Shown in pieces: positions 27,714 to 36,847 of a stretch of DNA of 64,000 bases (its first letter is position 1; each line of letters starts with the position of its first letter). Made by a program: the position numbers and the translations under genes. The stretch is from Parcubacteria group bacterium LiPW_15 (GTDB taxonomy: Bacteria > Patescibacteriota > Minisyncoccia > UBA6257 > 2-01-FULL-56-20): positions 273,211-337,210 of the forward strand of contig VMER01000001.1 of NCBI GenBank assembly GCA_007375645.1. Reading direction: 5' to 3'. The notes under the pieces are model-generated. The model was not told the origin of the DNA, ran no database searches, and was given only the letters and a program-made list of their open reading frames with translations.

Positions 27714-27861
27714 ACATTAATTAAAGTCCAAATAGACTATGAAGTCTATGGTGTCTAATACACATCACTGCTCGATATGCGCACCGGAGCTATTTACGCA
27801 CCGCCAAAAACATTATTTTTGGGAGTTTGCCTCAACGTCTCTTTGGGTGTAATTTTTAGGC

Positions 27862-28539
27862 ATGCTCAATAAACTCTGGGCAAAAGAAAAGGTGCTCATC
27901 AGCCTTTCTGGTCTCATTGCCGCCCTAAGCGCGTTGTTTTTAGATATCCCAGTCCCCCAGATCGAAGATGCGAAAATTGCCCTAGCAAATGTACAATTTT
28001 TCTGGTTAGTGCTTTTGACAATCAGCCTAACTAAACTCTTTTTCAGCCTTATAGATTTGACAATCAAGACCGAAAAAGAAATTAAGAAAAAATATGATCT
28101 CCCCATTGGGGTTTTCTCGATGACGTTAGCCACTATTCTTCTTATGGTGCTTGGTAATTTTTGGAAATATATTTTTGACCTGTATGGAAAATCTTTTTGG
28201 GGATTCATGGACATCGTCTTTCCAGAGCTAGTTGCCGTGTCATGCGTTCTTCTGCTTCTTTTCGTAGAGAAAAAAAGAAGTAGATTCACTAGATTTTCCT
28301 ACATCATCGTCCTCTCGTTTGTACTTGGCCTGCTTATAGGCCTAGCAGGAATTTATATTCAGGAGGCATTAATTGGATATTTTTATTTTTATTGGCTCAA
28401 TCTGATATTCCCCGGCGCAACCATAATCGTAGCTCTGGGATTAATGATATTTTCTTACCTGAAGAAAAAACCTTTATTTTCAGCTCTCCCAAAAAGTTCG
28501 GCCTACGGCAAAACACTCACTGCCCAGCAAAACACATAA
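27862..28539 (+). CDS. Hypothetical multi-pass membrane protein
   Basis: About 6 hydrophobic segments; AT-rich; divergent from the Lamassu-like operon. Confidence 0.65.
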   Translation: MLNKLWAKEKVLISLSGLIAALSALFLDIPVPQIEDAKIALANVQFFWLVLLTISLTKLFFSLIDLTIKTEKEIKKKYDLPIGVFSMTLATILLMVLGNFWKYIFDLYGKSFWGFMDIVFPELVAVSCVLLLLFVEKKRSRFTRFSYIIVLSFVLGLLIGLAGIYIQEALIGYFYFYWLNLIFPGATIIVALGLMIFSYLKKKPLFSALPKSSAYGKTLTAQQNT

Positions 28540-28695
28540 CCTCGAAATACGAATACAAAAATACCGCCCCTGCAGCGGTATTCTTATTGGCACTCAGGTT
28601 AGCTCTGCGCTGCGCCACACATAGAATTAGTAACGTTTCCCAGGCAATAATCATCTAGGTGGTTTCGCCTCAGGTTGTTCCTGGGAATTTAAGCC

Positions 28696-28989
28696 TTAAA
28701 CTAGCTTGACCTCAAACCTCCTTAAACTTGAGCCCGCTGCCCAATTTCGAAAAGCTGCGAGTTGAAATTTAGTATGTTCAGCATCTATTGTATCTGCAGT
28801 CTCGACTTCTATAACTACTTCCTGCGAACCATGTTTCCCGTAAACGTCAGGAATATACATGCCGATCATTGGTGGTTTTGCCTTTCCGGGCAGGTCAGCG
28901 TACACGATTGACCATCCATTAGAAGCAAGGTTGTTTGCCCAAAATGCTACCCCACTATCATGCCTCTCTTGATTTACTTTTAATCTCAT
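28696..28989 (-). CDS. Small restriction-endonuclease-fold protein (putative)
   Basis: H...YIPDVYG......VIEVET pattern; 97 aa. Confidence 0.55.
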   Translation of the reverse strand: MRLKVNQERHDSGVAFWANNLASNGWSIVYADLPGKAKPPMIGMYIPDVYGKHGSQEVVIEVETADTIDAEHTKFQLAAFRNWAAGSSLRRFEVKLV

Positions 28990-29162
28990 CTGGAAATTAT
29001 TGGATTTGTATTGATCGACCTTTCGGGTGGACGGCAGGACGTCTTATTCCCGCTATGATCATAACCCAATGCAATGTTAAAAAAGCTACACTTATCCACA
29101 GAAAAATTGACAAAATATAATTTTGTTTCTAAATCAAATCCAATCGAAAGTCGCCAGCAAAA

Positions 29163-30368
29163 TTACTCGTACCTCAACGCTTCCGCAGGCTCCATTTTGG
29201 CCGCTTGGCGGGCAGGTAAAAGTCCTGCGAAAATCCCGGTCATAAAGGTCACGAAAAGGATGACTGCGAAGCCGTAGAAGTCTAAGGAAGCAAAGGAGAA
29301 GAGCCCCTGGGTGCCAAGCTTTCCGGCAAAGAGCCCGATAAGGAAGGAGATAAAGACTCCGAGCAAGATTCCCATTAGTCCCCCGGTCAAACCGATTATC
29401 CCCGATTCCATGAGGAACAAGGAAAGCACATTTTCGCTTGAGGCGCCGATGGCCTTTAATATCCCGATCTGCTTGGTCCGCTCTAAAACCGAGGTATACA
29501 TTGTGTTCATTATGCCCACCGCGCCGACCACCAAAGATATGAGGGCTATGACTATCAAAAATATTTCGACGAGCGACATTACGCTCCCGATAAGCTGGCT
29601 GGTTTTCGCGGGAGTAAGAACCGAGAAGTCCCTGACTGTTTCCTGTTTGCCAAGCTCAAATTTTATCTGTCGGGCCAAGAGATCGAGATTCACGCCCGGG
29701 TTGGCCTTAAGTATCGCCGAGATCACGGCCCGCTCGCTCCCCGAGATCATCCAATAATTATTGAGGGATATATAGAACGAGTTGTCATCATCCTGCGCCC
29801 CTATCGGGTTCAACACGCCCACCACGCGCATTCTTTTTGATCCGACGATAAGCTCATCCCCCGTCCGGACGGGTGTTTTAAAAGTTTTGTTCGCCGCTAT
29901 ATCGCCGAGCACCATTTCGTTCGTGTCTTCGTTCTGCGGCCAGACGCCGGAGGCCAGCTTCACGCCCTGCGATTCTTCAAAGATCGGCCGCATGCCGGAC
30001 CAGGGAGCGGCATGTATCGTCGCGCCTTGTTTTTCCCCGCGGAATTCAATATTCATGATCGCCACATCGGTCGGCATGACGTATTTCACGCCCGAGATCC
30101 TTTCTAGATCAAAGAGATCGTCCACTTTGAATTTTTGTCCGCCCATAAGGCTCGCCATAGGATTTGTTTCCTTGCCCGGGAATATAAAGATGAGATCCGA
30201 GCCGAAACTCTGGAGGAGTCCCGAAATCGCCTTCTCTATTCCGGAACTCAAAGAAAAAATAATGACCACGAGCATTATGCCGATAACTATTCCCAAAATC
30301 GTAAGCCAGCTCCGAAGCGAGCGGTAGCGGATGCTTTTTAGAGTTAAGAGGAGAAAACTTTTAAACAT
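29163..30368 (-). CDS. MacB/FtsX-family ABC transporter permease
   Basis: RSWLTILGIVIGI, GIMNTMYTSVLERTKQIGILKAIGA, PARQAAKMEPAEALRYE. Confidence 0.93.
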   Translation of the reverse strand: MFKSFLLLTLKSIRYRSLRSWLTILGIVIGIMLVVIIFSLSSGIEKAISGLLQSFGSDLIFIFPGKETNPMASLMGGQKFKVDDLFDLERISGVKYVMPTDVAIMNIEFRGEKQGATIHAAPWSGMRPIFEESQGVKLASGVWPQNEDTNEMVLGDIAANKTFKTPVRTGDELIVGSKRMRVVGVLNPIGAQDDDNSFYISLNNYWMISGSERAVISAILKANPGVNLDLLARQIKFELGKQETVRDFSVLTPAKTSQLIGSVMSLVEIFLIVIALISLVVGAVGIMNTMYTSVLERTKQIGILKAIGASSENVLSLFLMESGIIGLTGGLMGILLGVFISFLIGLFAGKLGTQGLFSFASLDFYGFAVILFVTFMTGIFAGLLPARQAAKMEPAEALRYE

Positions 30369-31230
30369 TGTGTTCGGTAAGAGTCCGTCTGTGAATATTA
30401 TGATCGCGGAGCATCTCGCCGTCCCGGATGGTTATAACCTCATCCGCCTTTTCCGCGATATCCGCGTCGTGAGTCACAACGATAAGCGTTTTTTTCTCGC
30501 CGCGGTTCAGACCGATAAGCATTTCCAAAATTTTGTTGCCGGTTTTGGAATCCAGATTCCCGGTCGGTTCATCGCCCAAGATAACCGCCGGGTCGTTCAC
30601 AAGCGCGCGCAAAATGGCGGTGCGCTGCTGTTCGCCGCCGGAAAGCTGAGTCGGCCGATGCGTTACTCTTTCCTTCATACCCATATCTTCAAATCTCGCG
30701 AGCATCTTCACTCCATCCGTATCCCCGGTCGAAAATATAAGCGGAAGAGTCGCGTTTTCCAGGGCCGAAAGCCAGGGAATCAAATTGTATTGCTGAAACA
30801 CAAATCCGAAAGCGGTGGACCGCAATATCGCGCGCTCGTGATCCTCCGCGTTTGAAACGTCTTTCCCACGGAAAAATACTTTGCCGCTCGAGGGCCGGTC
30901 GAGGAGCCCGATCATATTCAAAAGCGTGGACTTCCCCGAACCGGAAGCGCCGATAATGGCCGTGAAGTCGCCTTCCCAAATGCTCAAGTTTATTCCCTTC
31001 AAAACTTCGGTTTTCGTGTCTCCCATATCAAAAACTTTCCAGACATTTTCAAGGCGAATTAAAGGTTCGCCCAAAAACCGGTCGGGCGTTTGTTTAAACC
31101 GATGTTCGCAACCGTCGCCGCAAAGGGCGTAGGTTTTCCCGGCGTGAGCCACATGCTTCAAGTCGGAAAGGCCCGAAACATCCATCCCGCAGACCGGGTC
31201 AAACAATTTTTCTGTACTCTCCGTCTCCAT
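30361..31230 (-). CDS. ABC ATPase (LolD/MacB-type) with an N-terminal YHS domain
   Basis: DPVCGMDV...YALCGDGC..RF (YHS); GASGSGKS, LSGGEQQR, DEPTGNLD, VVTHD. Confidence 0.9.
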   Translation of the reverse strand: METESTEKLFDPVCGMDVSGLSDLKHVAHAGKTYALCGDGCEHRFKQTPDRFLGEPLIRLENVWKVFDMGDTKTEVLKGINLSIWEGDFTAIIGASGSGKSTLLNMIGLLDRPSSGKVFFRGKDVSNAEDHERAILRSTAFGFVFQQYNLIPWLSALENATLPLIFSTGDTDGVKMLARFEDMGMKERVTHRPTQLSGGEQQRTAILRALVNDPAVILGDEPTGNLDSKTGNKILEMLIGLNRGEKKTLIVVTHDADIAEKADEVITIRDGEMLRDHNIHRRTLTEHNV

Positions 31231-31236
31231 ATTAAA

Positions 31237-32697
31237 TTAGCTCGATATGATGAGCGTCTCGCCTCCCTCTAAGCCCGAAAGGACTTCGATATTTTCCCCG
31301 TCGGAAATGCCCGTCGTGATCTTCGTTTCGACCGGACCCTTATCAGTCTCTACATTTACAAAAGCTTGGCCGCCGGACTTAAACATGGCGATTTCCGGGA
31401 TAACCACAACATTTTTGTGAAATTCCGCGAGTATTTTAAGATCCGCGCTCATTCCCGAACGGATTTCTACCCCGTCCGTTCCTCCGCCCTCAAAGAAAAC
31501 ATTTGTCCGATAATATTTGTCGGTATCTTTTAAAACCGGCTGCGGATCGACGGAAACAACCCTGCCTTTAAACGATCTTCCCGGAAACGCATCCAGCTCT
31601 ATCGTGACCTCGTTGCCGTTGGACCCGGCAGTGATCTTGCCGATATCCAATTCCGAAATATCGGATTGCAGTTTATAGCCGACCGCCGAAAGCGAAACGG
31701 CGTTTATGCCGGGCTGAGCCGCTTCCTGCCGTTCAAGCCAAACCTTGGTTACACGCGAAGCGATCGGCGCATAGAGCGTTGATTTCGCGATCTTATCCCG
31801 CGCGATTCCGATATCCGCGTCTTCGCTTTCCACCGCCGCGCGTTTCAAATCCAAAGTCTTAACGGCCAGATCTAAATTGGTTTTAGCGGTGGAGAATGCT
31901 CCGTCCGCGGTGGTGAGGTTGGTGATCGCCGCGTTAATGCTGGTTCTCGCCGCGGAAATCGTTTCTTTGTAGGAAGCGAGAGAAGCTGTGTCATTCGTGA
32001 TAGCCGCGAGATTTTGCAAAAAAGTGACGGTCAGATTCAAGGTATCATGCGCCACGGAATCCACGGCGGAAAGATCGCTCAAAGTCCCGGAGCTTGCCGC
32101 GGCAAGTCCATTTTTGAAATTTGTTAGGTCCGTTTCCAGGCGCTGGCGTTCGGTCTCCACCGCGTTCTTCAGGTCGAAGGAATTCGCACCGACTTGATAG
32201 TTAAAGACAGGAACGGTTCTCGGATTGGTAAACAGTGCGTCCATTTTTCCCCTCACCACATCATCGGCTCTGAAATATCCGTCGTTTAAAGAACTCAAAA
32301 GCGCTTTCGAGGCCGCGTCGCTTGCCGCGCGCGCGTTCACAACCGACGCCTCGGCTACCGCGACATCTTTTGCCGCCGCATGCGAAAGCAATTTGTCCAA
32401 GCTCAATTCCAATTCCCTGGTATCCAGTTTCGCCAAAGGAGTTCCGGCCGGGACAACGTCCCCTTCTTTCACGTAAACGGATGAAACCGTGCCGGAAACC
32501 GGAAACTGCAGATCAAAATCCTTTTGGGAAACCACTTCGCCCCGGGCTTTGACGGTTTCTCGAATATCTTTGCGTTCGGCCGTAAAAGTCAGATTGCTTG
32601 TATCCGGAGCTTTAATGTATTTTTCATAAACCCAAATTCCGGTTAAGAGTACTCCGGCCGCAACCGCCACGATTAAATACGTAGAAATTTTTTTCAT
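31237..32697 (-). CDS. MacA-like efflux adaptor (membrane fusion protein)
   Basis: N-terminal TM; VYVKEGD.V..G..LA.LD; LYAPI; GMSA; TGISDGENIEVLSGL. Confidence 0.88.
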   Translation of the reverse strand: MKKISTYLIVAVAAGVLLTGIWVYEKYIKAPDTSNLTFTAERKDIRETVKARGEVVSQKDFDLQFPVSGTVSSVYVKEGDVVPAGTPLAKLDTRELELSLDKLLSHAAAKDVAVAEASVVNARAASDAASKALLSSLNDGYFRADDVVRGKMDALFTNPRTVPVFNYQVGANSFDLKNAVETERQRLETDLTNFKNGLAAASSGTLSDLSAVDSVAHDTLNLTVTFLQNLAAITNDTASLASYKETISAARTSINAAITNLTTADGAFSTAKTNLDLAVKTLDLKRAAVESEDADIGIARDKIAKSTLYAPIASRVTKVWLERQEAAQPGINAVSLSAVGYKLQSDISELDIGKITAGSNGNEVTIELDAFPGRSFKGRVVSVDPQPVLKDTDKYYRTNVFFEGGGTDGVEIRSGMSADLKILAEFHKNVVVIPEIAMFKSGGQAFVNVETDKGPVETKITTGISDGENIEVLSGLEGGETLIISS

Positions 32698-32766
32698 GTT
32701 TGGTGCCCTTATTATCTATAATTATACATCATTCGCATCTCTTTATGCTGGATTTAAATAAAAAAA

Positions 32767-32797
32767 GCTCCGACCCAGAAACCCAGGTCGGAGCGGG
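32767..32797 (-). terminator. Terminator hairpin related to the 34162-34193 palindrome
   Basis: GCTCCGACC...GGTCGGAGC followed by a T-run on the minus strand. Confidence 0.65.
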
Positions 32798-32801
32798 AAA
32801 G

Positions 32802-33065
32802 CTACTCCAAAAGGAACGACTCGCTCTCGGTTGAGTTAGGCACGACGACGCCCATGGCCTCGAACCAGCCGGTCGGAATGGCATGGGTGTTTGTCATCCG
32901 AGCACCGCACGCTTCGCAGTCGCCCGGATTCATCTTCAAGTTGTTGGGCCGCTCGCTTTTGCAGGCCGAGCACTCGATCCACATGATGTGCGCGGCATAT
33001 TTCTTCGCCACCCACTCGGCGCGCTTCCCTTCGGGCTCCTCGGTGGTCATGATCTCACGCCTCAT
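32802..33065 (-). CDS. Hypothetical zinc-ribbon protein
   Basis: CSAC...CEAC motifs. Confidence 0.6.
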   Translation of the reverse strand: MRREIMTTEEPEGKRAEWVAKKYAAHIMWIECSACKSERPNNLKMNPGDCEACGARMTNTHAIPTGWFEAMGVVVPNSTESESFLLE

Positions 33066-33083
33066 TTCTTTGCGCTTCGCCGT

Positions 33084-33476
33084 CTACTTCCGGTGCGATC
33101 CCAGGGACTTGGCTCGCCCCCGCAGGATATTGTAGAAATCGGTGGCCAAAAGTATCGTTTTGGTGGTTTCAATCCTTTCGTATTTCTCGCGAATGTCCAC
33201 CGTGCCGCCACTCCAGACCTCGACCTCTACATTTGAAAGAGTTGCGCCGCTCAAACGGACCTCGGCCAGCACAACCATTTGCCACGGACTGGTGTTACGT
33301 TTCCGCCCCAGCTTCAAACTCAGACCACCGAATCCGTCTTCTGCGTAAAGCCGGTTGACGGCTTCGATGAGCTTTTGAATAAGCCCTACGAAAACCGAAT
33401 CTTCCAAAAGATTCTGCGCGTCTCCACATCCGTTGTCCAGGATGATAGTCGGTGGTTTCGGTCTGGGCTTCGCCAC
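33084..33476 (-). CDS. Hypothetical protein (orphan)
   Basis: GGAGG SD before the GTG; TTGACC...TATTAA promoter-like sequence at about 33559-33588. Confidence 0.65.
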   Translation of the reverse strand: MAKPRPKPPTIILDNGCGDAQNLLEDSVFVGLIQKLIEAVNRLYAEDGFGGLSLKLGRKRNTSPWQMVVLAEVRLSGATLSNVEVEVWSGGTVDIREKYERIETTKTILLATDFYNILRGRAKSLGSHRK

Positions 33477-33647
33477 ATGTCCTCCATACCGCTCGGAGCT
33501 CCGTCCTGCGGCTTTGGTTTTTTTGACGTCCGCGAAATGCGCACGCCTGCTGGTTACTTAATACCACTAATCGCGCCTTAAGGTCAATCAAAAAGCGCCC
33601 CTTCGTGGGGGCGCGAGACTTCTTCAAAACTGATCTGATTGCCGAAG

Positions 33648-34085
33648 CTATTTCTTGAGCCTCAGCTTCTTCGCCCGCTTTTCGAGAAACTCGATGAGCG
33701 CGGCGAGAGGCGTTTCCCGCTTAACCGGATGCCAGATGTATTCGTCTCCGGTAGGCTTCGGATTCTTCTCCAGGAGATTTCCACCGCCCACCGTGAAATG
33801 AACCCCAGTGGCGAGTAGCTTCCCCCGGAACCGAAATTCGGCTGACGGCTCAGCACAGTTGAAGTTGTTGATGTAGCGGGTGAGCTTAACGCTCACACCC
33901 GCATAGCCGTGGTCGTAAAGCGTGTTTGCCGCCCTGGCGTAGACGACATAGGCTTCCGTGAATTCCCTGCTCGCCAAGGATCTTTCGGAAAGACCGAATT
34001 GGTTGTCCAAAAGAACGATGGCCCACTTCTGTTCCTTGGCCCGAGCCACGACCTTCTTCGCGTCTTTTCTTACCTTGCGCATCAT
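33648..34085 (-). CDS. Hypothetical protein (orphan)
   Basis: Likely start MMRKVRK (34085) with GAGGAGG SD; promoter TTGATA-17-TAATCT; hairpin at 33595-33614. Confidence 0.65.
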   Translation of the reverse strand: MMRKVRKDAKKVVARAKEQKWAIVLLDNQFGLSERSLASREFTEAYVVYARAANTLYDHGYAGVSVKLTRYINNFNCAEPSAEFRFRGKLLATGVHFTVGGGNLLEKNPKPTGDEYIWHPVKRETPLAALIEFLEKRAKKLRLKK

Positions 34086-34161
34086 ACGAGCCTCCTCTTC
34101 CCTTCTCTGTAGGGAACTGCTCACAGATTAGCAGGCTGAATTTTAAATATCAATAAAACAA

Positions 34162-34193
34162 AAACCCGCTCCGACCTAGGTCGGAGCGGGTTT
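34162..34193. terminator. Perfect 32-bp palindrome/terminator after the cold-shock gene
   Basis: AAACCCGCTCCGACCT-AGGTCGGAGCGGGTTT. Confidence 0.75.
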
Positions 34194-34228
34194 CGTCTCG
34201 TTTTGCCTTAAGGCAAGGAGAGATGCAT

Positions 34229-34468
34229 TTACGCAGTAGGCTCTGCAGCAGCAGGCTTTTCGGCTTCTACGCGAGTAACGTTTACTGCGTAAAGACCTTT
34301 ATCACCTTCGGCGACTTCGAAGGAAAGCTTATCGCCTTCCTGCAATTCGTCAAAAGTAATGCCTACGAGATCCTTGGAGTGGAAGAAAAGATCCTTCGCC
34401 TCGCCTTCGCGAGTGATGAATCCAAATCCCCTATCCTTAACAAGAGTCTTGATAATTCCAGTCATCAT
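34229..34468 (-). CDS. Cold-shock domain protein
   Basis: RGFGFI (RNP1), DLFFH (RNP2), KGLYAVNV. Confidence 0.95.
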   Translation of the reverse strand: MMTGIIKTLVKDRGFGFITREGEAKDLFFHSKDLVGITFDELQEGDKLSFEVAEGDKGLYAVNVTRVEAEKPAAAEPTA

Positions 34469-34654
34469 TTGATTACGGTTTTAATTAGTTTATTGCTGTA
34501 AAATTCGACTAGGTTTTCGTGCCAAACGCACTTGAGGATAAGTGTATACTATTCTCCGCCGCTTGTCAAGGGTTCCAGGTTTCGCTGGATATATAACACA
34601 CTAAAACGAAAGCCACCCCGATTGTGGAGTGGCTTTTCGGTACAATGTCTATTT

Positions 34655-36118
34655 TTATTCCCCGTTCAGGATGACGCGGGTGCTTGGACCAACGTAGCCG
34701 GCGGCGGTAACACCGTGCGCGCTCTGATATTTTTTAACCGCAGCTTCGGTCGCGGTACCGTAGTAACCGGTTGTCGAGCCGCTAAAATATCCTTCCGAAA
34801 TCAATCTCTTTTGAAGCTCCGTAACTTCGTTACCGGAAGAACCGACAGCGAGAAATAAAGTGAACTTATATTTTATTTGAGTCGTTCCCCCGCCGGAAGT
34901 TGAACCGCCCGCGCTCGCCGCAAGCTGGGTAAGTTTTGCGGCCATCGTTTGGATGGAAACCAAGATCTGCGCGAGCTGGCTTTGCATCGCGGTTATCTCT
35001 GCGAGCAAAGTCATATTCGAGGTGGTTCCCCCGGTCGTGCCCGACACCGTTACATAGAGAGTGCTGCAGGTTCCGGACGAAGCGCATATCGCAATTGAGG
35101 TCGAACCAGCGCTCGATCCATAGAGCGAGAGCGTGGATCCGCTCAAATTGGCCTGCGCCACGCCGGAATTGGAATTGGAGGAAATATAATAGTAGTTATA
35201 TCCGCCGTAGATCGGAACGCTCATACTTTGGCCGATGGAAATAGTCGGATTAGTACTCCCGAAGGAGATGGATTGATTTGTCCCGGATGTATTCACCGTC
35301 ACGTATATGATCCCGCAACCGCCCGAAGAAGAACAAACGTTGACATTCGTGGATCCGTTCGCGGCACCATAGATCGTAAGCACGCTGCCGTTTATGGAAG
35401 GAGTCGCAACACTTGAGTTGGAGTTCGAAGCGACGTAATATCCGCTTCCGCCGTAAAGATTGATCGTCGTATTCTGGCCGGTCGTAAGCGTAACGTTATT
35501 CTGGCTAAAGGAAAGCGATTGCACATTGGCGCTCTGCACGTTGATGGCCAGATTCGCGCAGTTCGATGCCGTGCCGACATAACAAATAGTCGCGTTCGTG
35601 CTTCCGATCTGCCTGCCGGTGATACTTATCTGCGTTCCGTTTATTTGAAGAAGTGCGATAGTCGAGTTCGGGCTTAGACCCGCGTAAACGCCGGTGGTGT
35701 TCCCCTGCGAAGTCACAGTCACCGTCTGTCCGAGTCCCACCGGAACATTGGTCTGGCTAAGCGACGGAGTTCCAAGCGAAGAAGAATTGTACGGCCAGGT
35801 CTGCATTGCCGACTGCTGGCTGTTTACCAAAACATAGACGGAGCTTCCGGAGTTAACCCCGTATGCCGCTCCGCTTATCGTGGTCGTAAACGTACCGCTC
35901 GAGTTGGTGGTCCCGAGGGTCGTGACCTGCATGCCCGATGAACTGCCGATATTGTAATAGAACATCACGCCGGAATTAGCGTCTCCCACCACATTTATCT
36001 GAACCGAATCCCCGCTTGTGCTCGACATCGAGAGAGTCGGCGTCATCGCGTACGCGCTCAATGTTCCGAAAGAACCTATCGACGCGAACAAAACCGCAAA
36101 CACAATTATTTTTTTCAT
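34655..36118 (-). CDS. Secreted Ser/Thr/Gly-rich repeat protein with a C-terminal peptidoglycan-binding domain
   Basis: Signal peptide; three Ig-like repeats with paired Cys; L.VGSSGNEVTELQKRL...TGYYGTATEAAVKKYQ...GYVGPSTR. Confidence 0.85.
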   Translation of the reverse strand: MKKIIVFAVLFASIGSFGTLSAYAMTPTLSMSSTSGDSVQINVVGDANSGVMFYYNIGSSSGMQVTTLGTTNSSGTFTTTISGAAYGVNSGSSVYVLVNSQQSAMQTWPYNSSSLGTPSLSQTNVPVGLGQTVTVTSQGNTTGVYAGLSPNSTIALLQINGTQISITGRQIGSTNATICYVGTASNCANLAINVQSANVQSLSFSQNNVTLTTGQNTTINLYGGSGYYVASNSNSSVATPSINGSVLTIYGAANGSTNVNVCSSSGGCGIIYVTVNTSGTNQSISFGSTNPTISIGQSMSVPIYGGYNYYYISSNSNSGVAQANLSGSTLSLYGSSAGSTSIAICASSGTCSTLYVTVSGTTGGTTSNMTLLAEITAMQSQLAQILVSIQTMAAKLTQLAASAGGSTSGGGTTQIKYKFTLFLAVGSSGNEVTELQKRLISEGYFSGSTTGYYGTATEAAVKKYQSAHGVTAAGYVGPSTRVILNGE

Positions 36119-36194
36119 ATCGTTAATGATTTATATATCTGCCCTTTACCTAATTCTCCTCTTTGGAGCGAGGTTTTCAAGTGGCGCGAATCCC

Positions 36195-36254
36195 CCTCCT
36201 TCGCTAAAGCTTCGGTGGGCAAGCTCCGCCTTCGCTGAAGCTTCGGTGGACAAG
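36195..36254. repeat. Tandem REP-like units
   Basis: CCTTCGCTAAAGCTTCGGTGGGCAAG and CCTTCGCTGAAGCTTCGGTGGACAAG; related copy at 49972-49999. Confidence 0.75.
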
Positions 36255-36269
36255 CCTCTTTCAATTTAG

Positions 36270-36842
36270 TTAGGCAAAAATCTCCTCCGAAAGATCGTTT
36301 ATGCCGATTTTCTTCGTTGTGGAACACGGAATTATCACGTGATCTCCCACCAAATCTCCCAATCGTTGAAGTTTCTTTTCGTACTCGGATTTTTTTATTT
36401 TATCTACCTTGTTCGCCACGACCACTATATCTTTCTCTTTTATTTCCAAATTTTTTAGCATCGCGAGATCTTTGTCGGTCGGACCGACATTCGCGTCTAT
36501 AATAAGCACCACTTTTTTCTGTTGATATCCGGAATCCAAGAGGTACCAATCGATAAGCTCCCGAAGCTGCTCCTTCCCGCCTTTTGAGGCGTAAGAATAG
36601 CCGTAGCCCGGCAGGTCCACCAGATAAAACTTTTTATTTATCAAAAACAGATTTATCGCTCGTGTATATCCCGGAATATCGCTCGTTCGCGCCAAACCCT
36701 TCTCGCCTACGAGAGAATTGATAACGCTCGACTTACCCACGTTGGAACGGCCGATAAAAGCGATTTGTGGCTTGCCGTCCGAAAGAGACTCATCCGGACC
36801 GACCAGACTTTTTACAAACACGGCAGAATTTATTTTTGCCAT
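36270..36842 (-). CDS. engB: Ribosome biogenesis GTPase YihA/YsxC
   Basis: Start MAKINSA (36842); GRSNVGKSS, PGYTR, DLPGYGY, NKVD. Confidence 0.95.
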   Translation of the reverse strand: MAKINSAVFVKSLVGPDESLSDGKPQIAFIGRSNVGKSSVINSLVGEKGLARTSDIPGYTRAINLFLINKKFYLVDLPGYGYSYASKGGKEQLRELIDWYLLDSGYQQKKVVLIIDANVGPTDKDLAMLKNLEIKEKDIVVVANKVDKIKKSEYEKKLQRLGDLVGDHVIIPCSTTKKIGINDLSEEIFA

Positions 36843-36847
36843 TTGTT

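Noticed and set aside
24485-28989. Integron cassette array or prophage as the origin of the island
   Set aside because: No integrase, no convincing attC sites, no phage genes, and the ORFs are in mixed orientation.
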